From Candidatus Micrarchaeota archaeon (GTDB lineage Archaea > Micrarchaeota > Micrarchaeia > Anstonellales > Bilamarchaeaceae), in NCBI GenBank assembly GCA_032123335.1, contig JAQBFN010000033.1, forward strand, positions 1 through 26,542: 26,542 nucleotides of DNA, in the 5' to 3' direction. Below the pieces are notes generated by a model that was not told the DNA's origin, did no database searches, and worked only from the letters and a program-made list of their open reading frames with translations. The translations under genes were made by a program, and so were the position numbers. Position 1 is the first letter of the stretch, and every line of letters begins with the position of its first letter. Shown piece by piece: positions 17,802 through 25,724 of the stretch.

Positions 17802-17971
17802 AAAATTTGTTTTCTTTTGGGTGCGCCTAAGAGCAATATTTCGAAAATGGTTTTTCTTTGGGGTTCGCAAAGACCTTTCTCCGTGAGCTTTGCTCACGGG
17901 AAGAAATCGAAGATTTCTCAGATTTTCTCAAAAAGAAAGGGGTTTGGATCAGAGCTCCAGTATCTGATTAC
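17802..17971. repeat. intergenic repeat copy A (diverged direct copy of 19066-19192) with inserted hairpins
   Basis: Shares collinear blocks with copy B: GTTTTCTTTT(T)GGGTGCRCCTA, AATATT..GAAAAT..TTTTTCTTTGGG, ACCTTTCT...AAAAAGAAAGGG and TCAGAGCTCCAGT.TCT.AT.AC. Has extra hairpins at 17881-17899 and 17902-17918. Confidence 0.8.
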
Positions 17972-17995
17972 TAGAGTGATGAGTGCTCGGGATGC

Positions 17996-18028
17996 TAGGT
18001 GACTACAACCAGGACCTGTGTAGTCACC
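17996..18028. repeat. inverted repeat GGTGACTACA-N11-TGTAGTCACC at the Fic 3' end, containing one copy of the direct repeat TAGGTGACTACA
   Basis: Arms at 17998-18007 and 18019-18028, the latter overlapping the Fic stop. The 12-mer at 17996-18007 recurs at 18978-18989. Confidence 0.8.
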
Positions 18029-18968
18029 CAATTTTCTTTAGCGAATTTCTTAACTTCTTATACTCTCTGAGCATCAGTTCAATCGTGGGCCGGATATCAT
18101 GGGCAGTATGGTATGCCTGGAGCGAAGCATAATACTCCTGCCTGTTCTCCAGCTCGATATTGACTGGGGGCAGACCGTGCTTAAGTAAGATGTTATTTAG
18201 CAGGAGGCGGCCTACTCTCCCGTTCCCGTCTTCAAATGGGTGGATGTTCTCAAATTGATTATGAACCACGGCAGCCAAGACTAAAGGAGGGTAGAACTTC
18301 TTGTTTTCTTCATACCATTCAATCAGTTCCTTGAGAAGGGGAATCACCTGGGAGGAAGGCGCGCCCCTGTGAACTATGTTTCCTGACCTGTCCGCTATCA
18401 CTACTTCCTTTCCCCGGCGCCTGAATTTCCCTGCAAAGGGCTTTGAGTTCTCAAATACTATCGTGTGCAATTCCTTAATCAGGTCCAGAGAAATGTGGCC
18501 TTTTGTTTTTCGTATGTATTCTACTGCTTTGGCAACCCCGTATGTTTCTGATATTTCTCCTTTTGCTTTCTCAGGCCACCTGTCCTTTTCCAGGATGTTT
18601 ACTACTTCTTTTTCAGTTACTGTGGAGCCTTCTATTGCATTGGTATCATAGGTGAATGCTTCGGTGAATTTCAGCCAGTCCTCTTCGCTCAGGTGCGAGA
18701 GCTTGATATTGCCCGAAGCGCCTAGTTTTTTAAGCTGGCCGAGTTCCTTTGGTGAAAGGACGGTGTGGTAGGGGTCCCGGATAACCTTGAGCGCCTTTAT
18801 TTGTTTCTGGATTTCTTTTTCTGCCTTTTTCCGTTTCTTTTCAAGCTCTGTTTTGGAGAGATTCGCTCCGAGGTATATGCGGAGTTTTTTAACCTTCTTT
18901 TTTTGCCTATAGGAGTAGGATAGATAGTACTTTTTCTTTCCCTTTTCGGTTCTGGCTTCTATGTGCAT
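18024..18968 (-). CDS. Fic-domain protein (class II-like) with basic N-terminal putative DNA-binding domain
   Basis: Canonical HPFEDGNGRVGR; inhibitory-type TNAIEGS upstream of it; N-terminus KGKKKYYLSYSYRQKKKVKKLRIYLG. Confidence 0.92.
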   Translation of the reverse strand: MHIEARTEKGKKKYYLSYSYRQKKKVKKLRIYLGANLSKTELEKKRKKAEKEIQKQIKALKVIRDPYHTVLSPKELGQLKKLGASGNIKLSHLSEEDWLKFTEAFTYDTNAIEGSTVTEKEVVNILEKDRWPEKAKGEISETYGVAKAVEYIRKTKGHISLDLIKELHTIVFENSKPFAGKFRRRGKEVVIADRSGNIVHRGAPSSQVIPLLKELIEWYEENKKFYPPLVLAAVVHNQFENIHPFEDGNGRVGRLLLNNILLKHGLPPVNIELENRQEYYASLQAYHTAHDIRPTIELMLREYKKLRNSLKKIG

Positions 18969-18977
18969 GTATTAATT

Positions 18978-19051
18978 TAGGTGACTACATTTTATAAATG
19001 TTTTGCAGGCATGTGACTACGTATCCGATACTATGTAACCATGGTTACATA
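18978..19051 (-). promoter_or_regulatory. Fic promoter: TATA box with flanking GTGACTAC boxes and a 20-bp palindrome
   Basis: TTTATAAA at 18991-18998, 23-30 nt before the ATG (leaderless spacing). GTGACTAC at 18981 and 19013. Perfect palindrome TATGTAACCATGGTTACATA at 19032-19051. Confidence 0.7.
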
Positions 19052-19065
19052 AAGGAGGATGACTG

Positions 19066-19192
19066 AAAAATCGTTTTCTTTTTGGGTGCACCTAGCCAGA
19101 AATAATATTGGAAAATCCTTTTTCTTTGGGAGAACCGAACCTTTCTTTTTGGAAAAAGAAAGGGTCGAGTCAGAGCTCCAGTTTCTCATCAC
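19066..19192. repeat. intergenic repeat copy B
   Basis: Collinear with copy A. Contains the inverted repeat CCTTTCTTTTT-GG-AAAAAGAAAGG (19140-19163). Bases 19100-19136 match 26082-26118 at 35/37. Confidence 0.8.
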
Positions 19193-19238
19193 CGCAGGAT
19201 TCCCGAAAGAAAACGCTCAGGTAAAACGAGCTCATCAT
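19170..19238 (-). ncRNA. box C/D guide sRNA
   Basis: Minus strand: C AUGAUGA (19238-19232), guide GCUCGUUUUAC, D' CUGA (19220-19217), 24-nt spacer, C' GUGAUGA (19192-19186), guide GAAACUGGAGCU, D CUGA (19173-19170). All four boxes match consensus. Confidence 0.8.
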
Positions 19239-19265
19239 CAGGCGCAAGCGCCCGTATTGGTTATG

Positions 19266-19730
19266 CTAGAGGAGCCTTATATGCCTATCTGCAAGCAGGT
19301 GCGAGGTGTAGCCTGCAAATCCTGCGAGCGCGAAGTTCAGGTCAGAAAAGATGTAGATAAATAACGCGAAAATCAGGGCGGAGAAAATGGTGTGCGTGAT
19401 GCCGCGGTGCTTGGGCTTGAAAAAGGTAATTAGTATCATATATAAGCCGGTTATTGCGAGACCGAGAATGACTACTGAGCGCATGTCGTCCAGAGTGCAC
19501 ATGAGGCCTTCTGAGCAGGTGGCGGCAAAGGAGAAGCCCAGTGCGGCTATGGGAACCGTGATATTGGAAATCTTGCGGATTTTGGAGGAATCGTGGTCTA
19601 TATCCGGGGCAAGGGCGGAAACTGCGGCCACCCCTGCAACAAGCCCGCCCTCGATTATGGGGAGCTGGAGGAACAGGGCGAGAATAAGGCCGAAAAGCGC
19701 TCCGATAAGCATGTGCTCTGGCCAGTTCAT
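19266..19730 (-). CDS. membrane-bound metal-dependent hydrolase (YdjM-like)
   Basis: N-terminal H, PDIDH, HRGITHT and SHLLAD with TM helices. ATG 19730 is preferred (TTTAAA at 19754-19759). Confidence 0.85.
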   Translation of the reverse strand: MNWPEHMLIGALFGLILALFLQLPIIEGGLVAGVAAVSALAPDIDHDSSKIRKISNITVPIAALGFSFAATCSEGLMCTLDDMRSVVILGLAITGLYMILITFFKPKHRGITHTIFSALIFALFIYIFSDLNFALAGFAGYTSHLLADRHIRLL

Positions 19731-19782
19731 ATGCAAATTATCCAGAAAGAAAATTTAAAGAGGGGGGTTGGTTCCACTAGGA

Positions 19783-19809
19783 GGGGGGACGCTCCCCCCA
19801 CATGGTGGG
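19783..19809 (-). other. GC-rich hairpin directly after the Ca-ATPase stop
   Basis: GGGGGGA-CGC-TCCCCCC at 19783-19799, overlapping an alternative CCCAC-ATG-GTGGG at 19797-19809; function unknown. Confidence 0.4.
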
Positions 19810-22473
19810 TTACACATCCGGATGGTTCTTATCCTTGAGGAAGAAGTGATAGATTCCGAATACGGAAGCGATGCTGGCGCCAAGGAATACGAGCAGCACT
19901 TTCCAGGCTTCCAGGTCAAGCGGGACTGTTCCGAAGTAAGTGGAAAGTGGGGTGTAGAGCACCAGGAGCTGGAGGAGGATTGATGCGATTATTGCAATCA
20001 CGAGCCATTTGTTGGAGAAGAGTGTGAGTTTGTCCTTCATGCGGATTACGATGAGGCGGGTTGCTTCAGAGAATACAAATCCTGTAAAGACCATTGTGCG
20101 GGCGTATTCCTCTCCAACGGGAAGGGAGTAGAAGAACAGGCCTAAGAGAAGGATGGTGTCGAGTATGCCGATGGAAACTACTGCCTTGAGTACCCATTTG
20201 TCTATGATGCCTTCGTTCTTGGGGCGGGGTCCCTGCTGCATTACGTGGGGGCGGGAAGGGTCGGCTCCGAGCACGAGTGCAGGGGCGCCATCGGTTAGGA
20301 GATTAATCCAGAGGAGCTGGGTTGCACGGATTGGAATGAAGCCTGCAAGCGAGGCAAAGAACACTACGAATACTTCTGAAAAGTTGCTCATCAAAAGATA
20401 GGTTACGAAGTTGCGGATGTTGGAGAAGATTGTGCGCCCTTCTTTTATTGCTTCTACAATTGAGGCAAAATTGTCATCCAAAAGAACCATGTCTGAGGCC
20501 TGCTTGGCGATGTCTGTGCCACGGATTCCCATTGCAATCCCTACGTGGGCGTTGCGGAGTGCGGGGGCATCGTTTACACCGTCCCCGGTCATTGCTACGT
20601 TGTGGCCGTTGGCCTGGAGGGCCTGGAGGATGCGGTTTTTATCCAGGGGCGCGACACGGGCAAAGACGTTTATTTTTTCCACCTGGATGCGGAGTTCGGA
20701 ATCAGACATATCTTCTATCTGCTTTCCTTCCATGGCATCTCCATGGATTCCGATTTCGCGGGCGATTGCCTTTGCGGTGTCTATGTTGTCCCCGGTTATC
20801 ATGATGATGCGCACTCCTGCGATGAGACAGCTGGCTATTGCATCAGAAACTTCCTTGCGGGGGGGGTCAACCATTCCCTGCAGGCCAAGGAAGATGTGGC
20901 CGGATTCTGCAACCTTTTCGGAAACAGTGGGCTTAACCAAATCCTTGTAGGAGAAACCCAGGACCCTGAGGGCATCCCTGGCCATTTCCTTGTTCTGGAC
21001 AAGGATGTTCTTTTTCTTGGAATCCGTGAGCCTGTTCACCTTGCCTTTTTCCAGGATGTGGGTGCAGTGCTCAAGGATTGTTTCGGGTGCGCCCTTCATG
21101 CATGCAACATATTCCTTTCCCTTGCGGGTGATTACAGTCATTCTTTTTCTTTCGGAGGAGAAGGAGATTTCATCAACGCGGACATATCCTTCTGTGGAAA
21201 CATTTCCCTTCTTTGCGGAGATGAAGAGCGCGGCTTCCGTGGGGTCGCCCAGATATTTGTCCTTGCCGTCTTCCTTCCCGGTTACTACGTTGTTGCATAC
21301 CAGGCCGCACCAGAGCAATTCTTCGTAGGAAGACTTGGGCATGGGCTTTCCATCCTTGAGGAATTTTCCTTCAAGCGTGTGGCCCCTCCCGGTTAATTCC
21401 ACAACCTGGGAATCGTAAAAGAGCTTGCGCACGGTGAGGGCGTTTTCAGTGAGCGTGCCGGTTTTATCTGTGCAGATTACGTCTACGCTGCTTAGGCCCT
21501 CAACTACTGAAAGGCGGCGGACAAGGGCGTTCTTGCGGGCCATGCGCATCGTGCCCATGGCGAGGGCGAGGGTTACTACTGCGGGAAGGCCTTCCGGGAT
21601 TGCGGCAACCGCAAGCGCAATTGCAGTTAGGAAAATCGTAATGGGGTCCATTGTGCTTACAAAGAACTGGACCAGGGCTATGAAAGCGATTACCCCAATG
21701 AGGCCGGTGCCGATTGTTTTTCCCAGCTTGTTGAGCTCAATCTGGAAAAGGGTCGGGGGGTCTTCGGACCTGTGGATTTCCTGGGCAATCAGGCCGACTT
21801 CAGTGTGGAGACCGGTGTTTACTAGTACGGCTTCTCCGTTGCCGCGGCTTACGTATGTGTCTGCGTAGAGCATGTTCTTGCGGTCGCCAAGGGAAAGATC
21901 CTCATTGAGAACTGCATCCATTTTGGAAGAGGGGACACTTTCTCCGGTGAGGAGGGATTCATCTATGAGGAGATTTTTGGATGTGATGATGCGGGCGTCC
22001 GCGGGAACCTTGTCGCCTTCGCTCAGCATTATGATGTCACCGGGAACGAGTTCGATTGAGCTAAGTTCCATTGGGGTTCCGTTCCTGCGGACCATTGCGT
22101 TGGGGACTGCGAGCTTCTTGAGGGCTTCAAGGGATTTTTCTGCTTTGTAGTTCTGGAAAAAGCCGAAGAGGCCGTTGAGGACTACGATTGTAATGATGAG
22201 GCCGGCATCGAAAAGGTATTCTTCGCTTTGCTCTATGTACCCTAGAGCAAGGGAGACGATTGCGGCAATTATGAGGATGAATATGAGGAAATCCTTGAAT
22301 TGGTCTAAAAATATGGAAAGCATGGAGATTTTTTTCTTCAGGGCAATTTCGTTTTTTCCGAATTTTTCGAGGCGCTCCTTGGCTTCCTGGTCCGTAAGGC
22401 CTTCGGTGCGCGTATTGAGGCGCTTGAGAACATCATCTCTGGAGATTGCATGCCAGGGAACACGGGTTGCCAT
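19810..22473 (-). CDS. P2A-type Ca2+-transporting ATPase (SERCA-like)
   Basis: TGES, IPEGLP, DKTGT, KGAPE, TGDN and [10 protein letters not shown]5 SNFSE, M6 WINLLTDG and M8 VFSE. Confidence 0.93.
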   Translation of the reverse strand: MATRVPWHAISRDDVLKRLNTRTEGLTDQEAKERLEKFGKNEIALKKKISMLSIFLDQFKDFLIFILIIAAIVSLALGYIEQSEEYLFDAGLIITIVVLNGLFGFFQNYKAEKSLEALKKLAVPNAMVRRNGTPMELSSIELVPGDIIMLSEGDKVPADARIITSKNLLIDESLLTGESVPSSKMDAVLNEDLSLGDRKNMLYADTYVSRGNGEAVLVNTGLHTEVGLIAQEIHRSEDPPTLFQIELNKLGKTIGTGLIGVIAFIALVQFFVSTMDPITIFLTAIALAVAAIPEGLPAVVTLALAMGTMRMARKNALVRRLSVVEGLSSVDVICTDKTGTLTENALTVRKLFYDSQVVELTGRGHTLEGKFLKDGKPMPKSSYEELLWCGLVCNNVVTGKEDGKDKYLGDPTEAALFISAKKGNVSTEGYVRVDEISFSSERKRMTVITRKGKEYVACMKGAPETILEHCTHILEKGKVNRLTDSKKKNILVQNKEMARDALRVLGFSYKDLVKPTVSEKVAESGHIFLGLQGMVDPPRKEVSDAIASCLIAGVRIIMITGDNIDTAKAIAREIGIHGDAMEGKQIEDMSDSELRIQVEKINVFARVAPLDKNRILQALQANGHNVAMTGDGVNDAPALRNAHVGIAMGIRGTDIAKQASDMVLLDDNFASIVEAIKEGRTIFSNIRNFVTYLLMSNFSEVFVVFFASLAGFIPIRATQLLWINLLTDGAPALVLGADPSRPHVMQQGPRPKNEGIIDKWVLKAVVSIGILDTILLLGLFFYSLPVGEEYARTMVFTGFVFSEATRLIVIRMKDKLTLFSNKWLVIAIIASILLQLLVLYTPLSTYFGTVPLDLEAWKVLLVFLGASIASVFGIYHFFLKDKNHPDV

Positions 22474-22558
22474 GGGGAGAATTCTATATTAAGAATTAAA
22501 AACCCTCAGGGAGTGATGCCATAGAAATAAAAGGATTACCACACATAAAAATCCAGTA

Positions 22559-23389
22559 ATGAATAGGCAGGCAGTCCGTTCCTTGCATGTTGCAAAGCGT
22601 GTTCCGCGTTCTCGGATACAACGGGAGAAAGTAAAAAACGAAATTATGGAGTTTGGGGGAAAGCTAAAACCTAACTTTGTCGATAAACGGTGCGCTGCAT
22701 TCCATGTGGAACTTTCTACAATTACATCAAGGATGACAACTTCAGAAATGCGAAAGTTCAAAAAGAGCATCCAGAAGGGTAAACAGGATTCAATGTTTCC
22801 GGTCTCGGCAGTGATGGGCAGGAAGGGGAAGGCTGCGGAGCAGGTTGCTGGTTTTCTGGGGGAGGAATATGTGGACATTATGCTGGGAATTGCAAGAAGT
22901 GGTGGAGACGTTCACAACGTTGCGGTTGGAAAGCAATATCTGGAATGGGCTTCGGAATACGGAGAAGGGAATATTAGGGCCCGGGCGCTGGCAGGGGTCG
23001 CAAAGGTTGCTGCAGACGAAGTAGCGCAGGGGAATGGGGATTTCCTGGGGAGGGAGAGGATAAAGAACAGGGGGATTATGAAGGTGCTGAGCAGGCATGT
23101 GGGGGAAAAGAACGCATGGGCGATCGTGAGGGAACAACTAAGGGAAGAGCAGGCAACTAGGAAGGTTGCTGCAGTTGTATCCTTCATGGCTGGAGTATGC
23201 GTGGCCGCATCATACTTGATTTTCCAGAGCCTGGTGCAGGCGAGAGACTTGGGAACGGTGCAGATTGCAGTGATGGGAGCTTCAGCGATTACCGGGATTG
23301 TTGCGGGGCTGAGTTTCCTGGGAACGATAAATATGGGGATGCTGCAGAGAAGGATTGGGAAGCTCCTGAAAGCAGAAGAGCACGTTTAA
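22559..23389 (+). CDS. hypothetical protein with two C-terminal TM helices
   Basis: 276-aa ORF with a basic N-terminus and hydrophobic VAAVVSFMAGVCVAASYLIF and IAVMGASAITGIVAGLSFLG. Confidence 0.75.
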   Translation: MNRQAVRSLHVAKRVPRSRIQREKVKNEIMEFGGKLKPNFVDKRCAAFHVELSTITSRMTTSEMRKFKKSIQKGKQDSMFPVSAVMGRKGKAAEQVAGFLGEEYVDIMLGIARSGGDVHNVAVGKQYLEWASEYGEGNIRARALAGVAKVAADEVAQGNGDFLGRERIKNRGIMKVLSRHVGEKNAWAIVREQLREEQATRKVAAVVSFMAGVCVAASYLIFQSLVQARDLGTVQIAVMGASAITGIVAGLSFLGTINMGMLQRRIGKLLKAEEHV

Positions 23390-23429
23390 AAACCTTATAT
23401 CCTTATTCTAACCTGAGAGGTGCTTTATT

Positions 23430-24149
23430 ATGTATGGAGTTACACCACAGGCATATGACAGGACGATTACTGTATTCAGCCCGGATGGAAGGCTTTTCCA
23501 GGTTGAATATGCAAAAGAGGCAGTAAAGAGGGGCGCTACCGCGATTGGGGTCAGCTGCAACGAAGGAGTTGCGCTTATCGCATACAAGAGTGCGCATTCA
23601 AGCCTTATTGTTTCAGACTCACTAAGGAAAGTATTTGAGATTGATGACCACATTTCAGCTACTGCAAGCGGGCTTATCGCAGATGCAAGGAAGCTTATTG
23701 AGGTTGCAAGGGGCAACGCACAGAGGCACAGGATGACATACAATGAGCCTGCATCCCCTGAATCAATTGCAAGGGGCGTGTGCGATGTGATGCAGCTTTA
23801 CACTCAATACGGAGGAATTAGGCCGTTCGGAGTATCCTTGCTTATTGCAGGGATTGGGCCAAACGGGCCTGAGCTTTTCGAGGCAGAGCCGAGCGGCGCA
23901 ATGACCGGGTATTATGCGGACTCCATAGGGAACGCAAAGAAGGAAGTGGATGATTACCTTGAAGCGAAATACTCTCCGACTATGCCACTGGAGGAAGCAA
24001 TCCGGGTAGCAGTGAGCGCATTGAAGAAGTTCAGTGAAACAAAAGTTGTGCCTTTGAATATGGAAATTACTTATGCATATACAAAGGACAAGAAGTTCAG
24101 GCTTATGGAAGAGAAAGAAATCGTGAAGATTCTCAAGCCTGGAAAGTAA
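23430..24149 (+). CDS. psmA: proteasome alpha subunit
   Basis: YDRTITVFSPDGRLFQVEYA, SGLIADAR and YTQYGGIRPFGVSLL. Confidence 0.97.
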   Translation: MYGVTPQAYDRTITVFSPDGRLFQVEYAKEAVKRGATAIGVSCNEGVALIAYKSAHSSLIVSDSLRKVFEIDDHISATASGLIADARKLIEVARGNAQRHRMTYNEPASPESIARGVCDVMQLYTQYGGIRPFGVSLLIAGIGPNGPELFEAEPSGAMTGYYADSIGNAKKEVDDYLEAKYSPTMPLEEAIRVAVSALKKFSETKVVPLNMEITYAYTKDKKFRLMEEKEIVKILKPGK

Positions 24150-24497
24150 TCAGATTAAGCAGTCCTGGGGGCAGTTGCACTTATTTTCATTATTTTTTAT
24201 GTCGCAGGCTCCGTTCCCGCAGTCTGCACATGTGTAAAGCGCAGCGGAAGGCATGGGAACCGTGCAGTCCCCTTCATAGCCCCCGATTCCGGAAAGGGAA
24301 GTAAGGTTGCCGCAGCAGGTGCGGGGCAATCCGTATTCGCCTATTTTTCCCCCTTCTTCAGCGCATTTGTGCTCTACCGGGCCATAAACAAAATCCGCAA
24401 ATGTTGTAAAGATAATAAGGCCGGAGGCAAGTCCGAAAATAAGCAGGAAAAGCATCGCTACAGCCATCAATTCGTAGATGCGGTCGTTTTTTCCCAT
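24150..24497 (-). CDS. membrane-anchored Cys-rich protein
   Basis: N-terminal TM; 10 Cys including CAEEG, CCGNL and CGNGACD...ENKCNCPQDC. Confidence 0.8.
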   Translation of the reverse strand: MGKNDRIYELMAVAMLFLLIFGLASGLIIFTTFADFVYGPVEHKCAEEGGKIGEYGLPRTCCGNLTSLSGIGGYEGDCTVPMPSAALYTCADCGNGACDIKNNENKCNCPQDCLI

Positions 24498-24518
24498 GAA
24501 GTAGTGGAGGCAGAAACA

Positions 24519-25193
24519 CTATTTAATTATTGTCCCGTTGTGGGCGGCTCCTTTCATCGCCTTGGGCAGGTCTGAGAGATTCTTCCCGCCTACGAAGTGG
24601 AGCTCGAGCTTTGTGCGCGCTGCAAGCTTGCAGGCAATCACATCGAATACGAAATTTGTGCCGGGCGTGCGCTTATCGGAAGCGTTTGCAAGGGCGAGGA
24701 GCTGATTGAACTCCATCTTTTTGAACATCTTTGCTTTCTTGTTTTTGCGCGGGTCGGAATCATAGATTCCATCCACGTTGCTTACGTTCACCAGGCGGTC
24801 TGCACCCATTGCCTCTGCAAGCAGGACTGCATCCGTATCAGTTGTGATTCCTGGAATTGTGCCGCCCATTATTACGATCCGGTATTCCTTGGAGGCGATT
24901 GCAGCGCTTTCAAAGTCCTGGAAAACAACCGGGCAGGCCTCATCTGCGAATGCACGGGTTACAATAGCTGCATTGAGGCGGGTTGCATATACTGCGAGCG
25001 TGTCGCCCCAGAACTGGTTTTTAGAGAAATTGTATGATGCTTTTACGTAATCGCGGGCAACCTTGCCTCCTCCTACTACGATTCCGATCTTTTCCTTTCC
25101 TTTTAGAAGGGACTTAAATTTCTTCAGGAATGCAATGTCCGGGTCACCGGTCCCGTTGACCATGCTTCCTCCGAGAGAGATTACGACTGCCAT
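24519..25193 (-). CDS. pyrH: UMP kinase
   Basis: VISLGGS, VVGGGKVARDY, GGTIPGITTD and NVDGIYDSDP; ATG 25193 is preferred. Confidence 0.95.
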   Translation of the reverse strand: MAVVISLGGSMVNGTGDPDIAFLKKFKSLLKGKEKIGIVVGGGKVARDYVKASYNFSKNQFWGDTLAVYATRLNAAIVTRAFADEACPVVFQDFESAAIASKEYRIVIMGGTIPGITTDTDAVLLAEAMGADRLVNVSNVDGIYDSDPRKNKKAKMFKKMEFNQLLALANASDKRTPGTNFVFDVIACKLAARTKLELHFVGGKNLSDLPKAMKGAAHNGTIIK

Positions 25194-25256
25194 GTGCACT
25201 CTATCAAAGACTAGATTAAAAAATTAATTGGTGGAAGGCTAATCTGGTGTTGCCAT

Positions 25257-25724
25257 ATGAGAGGACTAGGATTACCAAAACCCGAATATAACATATTGAC
25301 TGGAAGGAGAATAAAAAGGAGAAAACCATTCAAAATGTCTACAAAAAAGAAAGAGTGGAATAAAGCTGCAGGGCGCGATGCAGACGACTTTAAAACTACC
25401 TCTAAGTGCCATAATCCAAAATGTAGAAAAAGGCTGGTGTGGGGGAAAAAAGGATTTAATTTTGACCACAAAGACAACAACTCATCAAATAATTCACAAG
25501 GGAATTGTTATCTTGTATGCTGCGATTGTCACGATAAACATACTGTAATCAAGAAGAAAAAGGTAAGGAACCTAATCACTGGGAATGTAGTGGGGCATAA
25601 AACATACAAAAAGAAAGTTGGGTACAAAAAGAAACCCAAGAAGACAACTAAGAAAAAGACCAAAAAGAAGAAGACTAACATATTCGGAATGCCCATAGTA
25701 AGAATGCCAAAAATCAGATTCTGA
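25257..25724 (+). CDS. HNH-endonuclease-like zinc protein with Lys-rich tail
   Basis: CHNPKC...FDHKDNNSSNNSQGNCYLVCCDCH is an HNH pattern with zinc ligands; KKKPKKTTKKKTKKKK tail; AT-rich DNA. Confidence 0.8.
   Translation: MRGLGLPKPEYNILTGRRIKRRKPFKMSTKKKEWNKAAGRDADDFKTTSKCHNPKCRKRLVWGKKGFNFDHKDNNSSNNSQGNCYLVCCDCHDKHTVIKKKKVRNLITGNVVGHKTYKKKVGYKKKPKKTTKKKTKKKKTNIFGMPIVRMPKIRF

Noticed and set aside
17944..17998. Possible plus-strand C/D sRNA (CTGA...GTGATGA-12 nt-CTAG)
   Set aside because: Only the internal boxes fit; the terminal C and D boxes are non-consensus. Homology to copy B favours a decayed minus-strand duplicate.
17799..19136. CRISPR array interpretation of the ~40-bp tandem units
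   Set aside because: Only two diverged units per locus, no unique spacers of regular length, and no cas genes.
19059..19364. 101-aa plus-strand ORF preceded by AGGAGG
   Set aside because: It runs through repeat copy B and antisense to the C/D sRNA and the hydrolase 3' end, with no protein-like features. It cannot be fully excluded.
19642..19650. AGCCCGCCC match to the tRNA-Val 3' end as a possible att site
   Set aside because: Only 9 bp, inside a coding sequence, and the interval to the tRNA contains core genes (psmA, pyrH).
20153..22492. Series of plus-strand ORFs (up to 283 aa) opposite the Ca-ATPase, and similar ones opposite copA
   Set aside because: Shadow ORFs of conserved P-type ATPase genes.
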